Translations under genes and position numbers: made by a program
Notes under the pieces: model-generated
Told to the model about the DNA's origin: nothing
The model's database searches: none
Seen by the model: the letters and a program-made list of their open reading frames with translations, nothing else
DNA from: Octopus vulgaris
Lineage: Eukaryota
Direction of reading: 5' to 3'
DNA length: 64,000 nucleotides
Assembly (NCBI GenBank): GCA_951406725.2
Contig: OX597817.1
Span: forward strand, 137,206,001 to 137,270,000
Shown here: piece by piece, positions 55,788 through 64,000 of the stretch
Layout of the letters: every line of letters starts with the position of its first letter
How positions within the stretch are numbered: position 1 is the stretch's first letter

Positions 55788-56297
55788 AAGTTTTTTACGA
55801 CGAATATAAGACCTATATCCAAGTAGCAGAAAGAGCGCCCAAAAGTGTATATAGATATTTAAATGTATTTATATATTCATCTATGCACACATGTATGTAT
55901 AACGTGTGTGTATATATTTCCATAGAGGTAACCTTTCACTCCATACAAAGTTTTTTAGGACGAATATAAGATCTAAAGTTATCTCTAAGAAAAAAGAAAG
56001 ATCGCCCAAAAGTGTATATAGATATTTAAATGTATTTATATATTCATCTATACACAGATGTATGTATAATGTGTGTGTATATATTTCCATAGAGGTAACC
56101 TTTCACTTCATACAAAGTTTTTTAGGACGAATATAAGATCTAAAGTTATCTCTAAGAAAAAGAAAGATCGCCCAAAAGTGTATATAGATATTTAAATGTA
56201 TTTATATATTCATCTATACACACATGTATGTATAATGTGCGTGTATATATTTCCATAGAGGTAACCATTCAATCCATACAAAGTTTTTTAGGACGAA
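55788..56297 (+). repeat. 166-167-bp tandem repeat, about 3 copies
   Basis: CGCCCAAAAGTGTATATAGAT at 55836, 56003 and 56169. Confidence 0.93.
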
Positions 56298-56301
56298 AAT
56301 A

Positions 56302-57146
56302 TTTATATATAAAAGAAAGGTTGTGTGTCTGTCTACTCCAATTTAGATTCCTAACTACTCCCACATTTTGCAATGCAGTTTAACCAAAACCGGGTATCTT
56401 ATAGTCGTGATTCATATCGAGCCCTTCTGGGTATTAGCGCGCGTCTACGATGAGTCTATGATTTTACAAATAATTTACCATCATTTTTTTCCATTTTAAT
56501 GCATATTTTTTAAAATAAAGGGAAGTAACTCTCAAACTTCACACCAATATGCGTGCTCATATGCGATGTAATATCACATCAGCAGCATTTCCTCACACCC
56601 TCCTTGCACTTGGCGAAGGCAAAATACCAGGGGATGAAAATGGTAATATTGCCATCGATTCCATTTGTACCATTGTTAAGACGCCTTCTGATCTCAGAGA
56701 TGCAGTGTTCCCAGATCTACAAGCTAATTATCAGAATATGGATTGGATTGGCAAAAAGGCTATACTGGCCCCGAGGAATAAAACTGTTCACCATATTAAT
56801 GATGAAATGCTCAAACTCATTCCTGGGGAAGTCTATGTATATCAGTCTATCGATACAACTCCTGACCCAGAGGACGTCATCAACTATCCAATAGAGGTAC
56901 TCAATTCCTTTGAGCACCCCGGACTACCACCACACTTTCTCAAACTTAAAGTTGGTGCCCCTATAATGCTCATCAGAAATTTGATTCCCCCAAAACAATG
57001 CATTGGCACACGTTTGATCGTTAAGTCCTTATCTCCCACCGTAAACTTATATCAATATTTGCCTGAATAATCATCATAATTCAGTGCAATCATTAACAGT
57101 ACTTTCAAGCAATTCAGCCCCGAGCAACGCCGGGCAATTCTGCTAG
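56302..57146 (+). mobile_element. Internally deleted Helitron carrying a PIF1-family helicase fragment
   Basis: 5' TATATATAAAA..TGTCTGTCT. ORF 56549-57070 has AILAPRN, YPIEVLNS..PGLPPHFLKLKVGAPIMLIRNL..GTRLIV. 3' GCCCGAGCAACGCCGGGC..CTAG. Confidence 0.92.
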
Positions 57147-57988
57147 TATATATATAAACGGCAAAATATCTGTGTGTGTGTGTGTTTGTGTGTCCTTTAT
57201 ACAAATCCACAATTTTTCAGTTAGAGGGCTCGCACTTTCTATGGTCATTCAAAACCGTCCAAGGGTGGTCGTACACATCTTTACATTTCCCCAGTCACCC
57301 CGCAAAGCCATTAAAAAATCAATAAAAGTGACTTTTTTGTGAATTTTCTATCCAAAACCCAATCAAAATGTCCGAAACGTGAAACGCCAATTGAATGCCA
57401 GCTAGCTGTATGTGATTGGTCGGAGATTTGGGCAGTACTCGCGTGTATGTGCGCACGCACGCACGCAGCTGTATATGCATGTACTAGCACTATGACCCAG
57501 CGTACGAAAATGATGTAAGGTGGGCGGAATAAATGATGTCTATTTCACTATGACCTGGCGTTGCCCGGTCTAGTGCTAGTGCTTGTTGTTCGTTGCCGGG
57601 TCACAGTAAAAATTTCTCACTAAATCAAGATCTAAGTTTCTTATCACATTTCAGCCTGGGCCAGTTTTGTTGTTTATGAGCAAGTTGGAGCTTTTTATGA
57701 GAGTAATTAATATTCATTGAACTTCGGTTTTCACACCTGGAATGGCACATGCCATTAGTCGGACAAAAAGGGAGGCAGAAGAAAGCGAAAAGCTCGAATT
57801 TGGCCACAAAATAACTTATGGGCATAAGGGGTCGGTTTATTGATTTTTTTTAAATGGGTTTCTGGGGTGACTGGGGAAATGAAAATTCTTCACGACCACC
57901 GTCAGACAGTTTTGAAAGTCCATAGAAAATGCGAGCCTTTTACGTGAAAAACTGTGGATTTGTATAAAGGACAAACAGACATTTTGCC

Positions 57989-57995
<7 letters not shown>
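57147..57995. mobile_element. Fold-back element with ~170-bp inverted termini and internal Helitron-type 3' ends
   Basis: TATATAAACGGCAAAAT..GTCCTTTATACAAATCCACA..TTTCCCCAGTCACCCC is mirrored at 57836-57995. A hairpin plus CTAG lies at 57552-57579 and an inverted version at 57484-57502. Confidence 0.75.
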
Positions 57996-58057
<62 letters not shown>

Positions 58058-58109
58058 TGTTATATTTCGGAATGGTCATATTGCCAGTTTAGCCAACAAA
58101 TATTTAAAC

Positions 58110-58151
<42 letters not shown>

Positions 58152-59290
58152 AAAAATAGGATAAAATCTTTTATAAGAATTTATCAAGTAGTTAGCGTGA
58201 AAAACCTTATAAAGGAAAAATCCATCATTATTCCTCTTAAATATATTTACTTATATTAAGGGCATTACTATACATCAATGCCTCACGCTATGAGGGATTC
58301 TTAAAGTCAAAACTACCATTTATTATGGTAGTTTTGACTTTAATATATATATATTTCTTACAGTGATTTGGGGTTATTCTACCTTAAGCTTTCTCTTAAG
58401 TTACATTATTTTATTTGGCTTTTTTCTGAGTAAGGAAGAATATAATGATTCAAAGTCACTTATACTAAAGTGTAATCATTATACCTAAAACCCTAACTAC
58501 AGTTATAACGTCATAGAGACATATACGCATGAAACGCTATGGATATTTACGACAATGTATGTTGAATATTTTCTTCGTGTACTTTAAACCGCTATAAGAA
58601 AACATAAATTAAGGATTACAGAAATGCATACTTATTTATGCTCAGTTGAAAAACAAACGCGAAGAGAAACATTTTCTTTTAATTAGTTTTATTATATAAA
58701 TATAACATTTTATATTATTTACAGTAGGAAAGATAACTTTGTAGTGAAGAAGAACGACTATAATTTCATTAACTAATTTCTCAATTCTAGCTAATACATT
58801 AACCAACAAATCAAAATAGATTTGTGATTAACTCTAGACATGGCATGAAAATTACCGATGTCTCAAAAGAGTGAGTGTCGTGGAGTTCAGTGACATCCAA
58901 CAAACACTGATATTTTCCCCAAAATCCAGGATTTTTATAACTGCTCAACTTGACTTAAAAGAATCGAAATCCATGACAAATATTCATTAAGATACTTTTA
59001 GAATCTTTATATGGAAAAAAAAGAAAATGATAATTCTTTGGCAATACGACATTACGTCATATTGCCAATTCGCGCCACATTTCAAAATGGCTAAAATGGT
59101 TATTGCTACACATTCAAAATGTGACCACGTGTGTACCGTTGGCGATTTTTTTTTTTGACCACGGTGACTAATAAAATAGACACCATTTATTCCGCCTGCC
59201 TTACGTCATTTTCGTACGAAGGGGAAAAGTCTGTTTTTATTTTAATTTTAACGAATGACTGCCATTCAACACGTTGGAGTTTGGTTTTAA

Positions 59291-59321
<31 letters not shown>

Positions 59322-59410
59322 CGGATAAGATCTTTATTTAGAATATAGATCTTATCAAGTCGCCAGTATGGGAATAAATCCTTCAAAAGAAATTATTATT
59401 ATTAAAATTT

Positions 59411-59670
59411 TAATTTAGGGTATTTAAGAGATACCACTTCGCTGGAAACAGAAGCCAAAACTTGACTCTAAAACCACATTAAATGTTCATACAGCACCAG
59501 GAGAGAAGACAAAATAAACTACCAAAAATATTACTTGGTAATTCCAGATCACCCATTTTTTTGTCTTTTTATCTTCTCTCCTGGTGCTGTATGAACATTT
59601 AATGTGGTTTTTGAGTCGAGTTTTGGCTGCTATTTCCAGCGTGGTGGTATCTATTAGATACCCTAAATTA
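59411..59670. repeat. Inverted repeat with ~100-bp arms, within a (TA)n-embedded element
   Basis: TAATTTAGGGTAT..GCTGGAAA..AAAACCACATTAAATGTTCATACAGCACCAGGAGAGAAGA and its reverse complement. Confidence 0.92.
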
Positions 59671-59740
<70 letters not shown>

Positions 59741-59811
59741 GTGTGTAAGTTTGTGTGTATTAACACTGTTTCTACAAACAGAGATACACAAAAACACATT
59801 GACACAAATAC

Positions 59812-59878
<67 letters not shown>

Positions 59879-60330
59879 TGTGTGTGTGTGCAGTGTGTGC
59901 GTCTGTATGTGTGTGTAGATTATGGAAACTGTAAACTTGTTTTCCTTCTAATTACCCTCAGTTTGTGTTGGGTGTCGTTTCAGAGTTAAAAGAAGCAATT
60001 TGAAAACTTCAATTATATTCAGATAAATCAGTGAAGTGGAAAGACTGTGCATTTGACGCTAGATTAGATTAGGTATACTATTTCATGCCTGACTAGTTTT
60101 CAATATCTAGCATATAAGTACGGTGGTTAGTAGCAAGTTACTTTAAAATTTCTTACATTTGGAAACAACTCACAAGGAAATGAGAAACGTTTTAAATGAA
60201 GCGACCGACTTTTAAACGAATTTTCTTCAAACATACTTTCTGTTTTTTACATATTTTTTTCTTAAACAGCTCTTCTTTAGCACCATGTCTTCATAGATTC
60301 CTCGATCACGGTACTAAATACATAAAAAAT

Positions 60331-60502
60331 AAATGCTTAGCAGAATTTCATCCGTCTTTGCATTCTGAGTTCAAATTCCACCATAGTGGAATTTTCCTTT
60401 TATTCATTTGGAATCGATGGAATAGGTACCAGCTGGACACTGGGGTTCGATGTAAACGACTTATACCCTCTCCCAAAATTGCTGGCCTTGTGCCAATATT
60501 TG
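60331..60502 (+). mobile_element. SINE family B, degenerate
   Basis: AAATGCTTAGC..TTCTGAGTTCAAATTCC..GTACCAG..GCTGGCCTTGTGCCAA. Confidence 0.75.
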
Positions 60503-60652
60503 ACATACAAAGTTTGGTTGTATATTTGTCTGTCTAACTATCTATCGATCTATCGATCCTTATATATGTACAGCGTGCGCGCGTTTGTATGTTTAAGCAT
60601 CCAAACATGCCGTGGGAACAAAATCTGCATGTGCAAATAATATATATTAATA

Positions 60653-60726
<74 letters not shown>

Positions 60727-60744
60727 AATGTATACATGCATATG

Positions 60745-60945
60745 TTAACCAACCACAAGATTCCGAGTTCGGTCCCACTTCGTGGCACCTTGGGAAAGTG
60801 TCTTCTACTACAGCATCGGGCCGACCAAAGCCTTCTGAGTGGATTTGGTAGACGGAAACTGAAAGAAGCCCGTCGTATATATATCGACTAAAAGCGATAC
60901 TCCAGCTTGGCCGCAGTCAAATGACTGAAACAAGTAAAAGAATAA
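60745..60945 (+). mobile_element. SINE family A, internally deleted
   Basis: The head half is joined through (TA)n directly to the tail CGACTAAA.GCG...TCCAGC.TGGCCGCAGTCAAATGACTGAAACAAG. Confidence 0.85.
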
Positions 60946-60959
60946 AAGAAAAGAATATT

Positions 60960-61224
60960 CTTTTACTCTTTTCCTTGTTTCAGACTGCGGCCATGCTGGA
61001 ACACCGTCTTTAGTCGAGCAAATCAACTCCAGGACTATTCTTTGTAAGCCTAGTACTTATTCTATCGGCCCCTTTTTACCGAACCGCTAAGTTACGGGGA
61101 CGTAAACACACTAGCATCGGTTGTCAAACGATGGTCAGGGGACAAACACAGTCACACAAACATATACATACACATACATATATATATACATATATACACA
61201 TAATTTATATATATATATATGTGT

Positions 61225-61271
<47 letters not shown>

Positions 61272-61427
61272 TGTGTGTGTATGAGTGTGTGAATACGACG
61301 GGCTTCTTCCAGTTTCCGTCTACCAGATCCACTCACAAAGCTTTGGTCGGCCCGCCACGCAGTGGAACTGAACCCGGAACCATGTGGTTGGCAAGCAAGC
61401 TACTTACCACACAGCCACGCTTGCGCC

Positions 61428-61428
<1 letters not shown>
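60960..61428 (-). mobile_element. SINE family A with a short internal deletion
   Basis: Reverse complement of family A; lacks about 35 bp near 61353. Confidence 0.88.
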
Positions 61429-61471
<43 letters not shown>

Positions 61472-61549
61472 CTAAAATCTTCAGTCTTGGTTTTTTATTC
61501 TGAAAAAAAATTATGTATATATATTTATATATATCTTTTTCTCTTTTTT

Positions 61550-61936
61550 TTTTTACTTGTTTCAGTCATTTTGACTGCGGCCATGCTGGAGCACCGCCTT
61601 TAATCGAGCAACTCGACCCCAGGACTTATTCTTTGTAAGCCCAGTACTTATTCTATCGGTCTCTTTTGCCGAACCGCTAAGTGACAGGGACGTAAACACA
61701 CCAGCATCGGTTGTCAAGCAATGCTAAGGGGACAAACACAGACACGCAAACACACACACGCATATAAACATATATACGACGGGCTTCTTTCAGTTTCCAT
61801 CTACCAAATCCACTCACAAGGCTTTGGTCGGCCCGAGGCTATAGTCGAAGACACTTGCCCAAGGTGCCACGCAGTGGACTGAACCCGGAACCATGTGGTT
61901 GGTAAAGAAGCTACTTACCACACAGCCACTCCTGCG

Positions 61937-61939
<3 letters not shown>
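61550..61939 (-). mobile_element. SINE family A, full length
   Basis: Reverse complement of 49462-49853. Confidence 0.92.
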
Positions 61940-62016
<77 letters not shown>

Positions 62017-62018
62017 GG

Positions 62019-62051
<33 letters not shown>

Positions 62052-62436
62052 AGGGAGATATAATTCTTGTATTTATTATCTCAATTGTAGATGAATTTCG
62101 AGATGTCAAGTGAATATAAAGAAGATGCTGATCCATCTTTGATCGAGATGGAAAATGTAAGTTGTCATCTGCAACGATTTCTTAATTGCATTAAGTTAGC
62201 TTTGCTAATTAAACAGCCGCTAACTATTATTCCTGAATAGGCGGGCCAGTGTTGTTACAGCTTGAAATGCGTGATGTCCAAATCAGTCAGCTTAGCATTC
62301 ACAACAATAATGAAATAGCTCTTTTCTTTTTGCCGAAGTATAATTAACATTTTTAATTAATCGTAAAGTAACGGAGAGAAAATTTACTGTGAACTTCGTA
62401 CGAAACCAGTAGCCTCCGACCAAAGTACAGCATACT

Positions 62437-62675
62437 CCCTCCCTCCCTCTCTCCCACTCTCACTCTCCTTCTCTCTCCTTCTTACTCACTCTCTCTATCT
62501 TTCTCTTCTCTGTCACTCTTTTTTCTTTCTCTGTCACACTATCTCTATCTCTCCACGTCTATCTCCCCCTCTCTCTCTCTCTGTCACTCTCACTCTTCTT
62601 CTCTCTCCCTCTCACCCACTCTCTCTATCTTTCTCTTTCACACTCTCTCTTTCTCTCCATTTCTCTCTCTGTCTC
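62437..62675. repeat. CT-rich low-complexity tract with an internal duplication
   Basis: CACTCTCACTCT.CTTCTCTCTCC occurs twice. Confidence 0.85.
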
Positions 62676-63381
62676 TGATCACCGCTGTAGTAGTTACTGC
62701 TCCACTTAATTAGCCAGCTATATCTCATAAATGCCCGTGTTCACCTTAACAGCTATCTTACATCCTCTTGTCAATCTTAAACATTGTAACTGAACATTCC
62801 GTCCAAAAGCCTCAGGTCCACCGACTAGAACTCCTCACCCTGACCGCTTTGAATCCCACTCAAGCAGAGCTTGCGAAAGCTGGACCTAACTGTCTACTTT
62901 TCACATTGAAAAATGCTTTTCAGAAAGTTTGTAGACATAAATGAAGCGAAACAATTCCATTTCAAAATGGAAGACATTTCAGGAATTCTATCTGGCGAAG
63001 AGTTACTTCCCCTCCACGACCTACTGCCAGCGCAATAGTGAAAACTCAATTGCTAAACACAAATAATAATGAAGATATATACCCTCTCTACGGATTATCC
63101 TCAACAATAATGGTTTCTAACATTAGGGGCTACACAGTTTGTGGAAGTGACATATCGGTCTAATCTGACCTACTAGAAATAACAGTTAAATATCCCTTCC
63201 CTCAAATCACATTTAGAAAGTAAATGTATATAGTGCTATGTCTACAATATGTATGAATAAAAATGAGAATTTCATCTGAATAACTTTCATCATAAATGTT
63301 CTTGAAAAAAGTTGACTTGCGAAAAAAAGAAGGAGCAGCAACGACAACGACGACGACGACGACGACAACAACAACAACAGC

Positions 63382-63412
<31 letters not shown>

Positions 63413-64000
63413 TGTTAAAACGTAATCATGGTTGGCAGAGACGATGTATTAGACAAAAGTTTTATAGTTGACAATTCCGTTCTGGTGCTGCGACCAAAAA
63501 CAAGTATATCTTTCTTTGTCATCACCATAAGTACCAACAGTGGTAAGAGACTCTCAACAGAGCCGAACAGCAGAAGGTCTTCAGAGAAGAAACCCTCCTT
63601 GGGCAAGTGTTCTGGCCCTTAACGTCTTTTTAAGGTAGCCGCATCCAGGTCATCACTCTTGAATGTCTTTCTGCAGACCCTTTTTAGCCACATGGATATA
63701 GGAGACTTGTGGTGTATTTAAATTGCTTGGAAATTTTACCTAATAGCAACTCCTTTCCGTTGCCTCAACTTTCAAACTTAAATAAGAAATACCATGGGTG
63801 AGTTTGCGGTGTTAAACCATCCTCCTCGAAATATAGAACTTCTCAAGTTGATCCTTGTCTTACACACTCAGTCTTTTAGATAATCTCCAAACTCGATAAT
63901 CAGTCGTAGAAAATACATCTTATAGATTATATATCTTAGATACTATATGTATTCTGTGCTAATGACATTATTTCGATATTCTACATTTACATTCATTTTA

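Noticed and set aside
56549-57070. Host PIF1 helicase gene
   Set aside because: Partial, intronless and bounded by Helitron termini.

Overview
Eukaryotic, AT-rich window dominated by repeats. The SINE families and the very dense (TA)n, (CA)n, (TATC)n, (TATG)n and (AAT)n tracts suggest an octopus genome (inference). I cannot support any host protein-coding exon, and nearly all ORFs in the track are microsatellite translations. Recognisable content: a near full-length but broken R4/Dong-clade RLE retrotransposon, one of three co-oriented elements separated by (AAT)n; RTE, CR1/L2 and Tx1/L1 LINE remnants, including two RTE-type 3' ends encoding C2H2 fingers with (TATG)n tails; two mariner remnants; a hATm remnant; Helitron and Helentron derivatives, one with a PIF1 helicase fragment; and about 20 tRNA-derived SINE copies in three families. 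The least expected signal is seven hammerhead-ribozyme-like motifs from five different sequence families. They lie in short non-coding elements embedded in (TA)n tracts, and two of these elements are fold-backs with a motif on each arm. One motif pair has a compensatory U3-A8 core. All structures were folded by eye and coordinates of degenerate elements are approximate.
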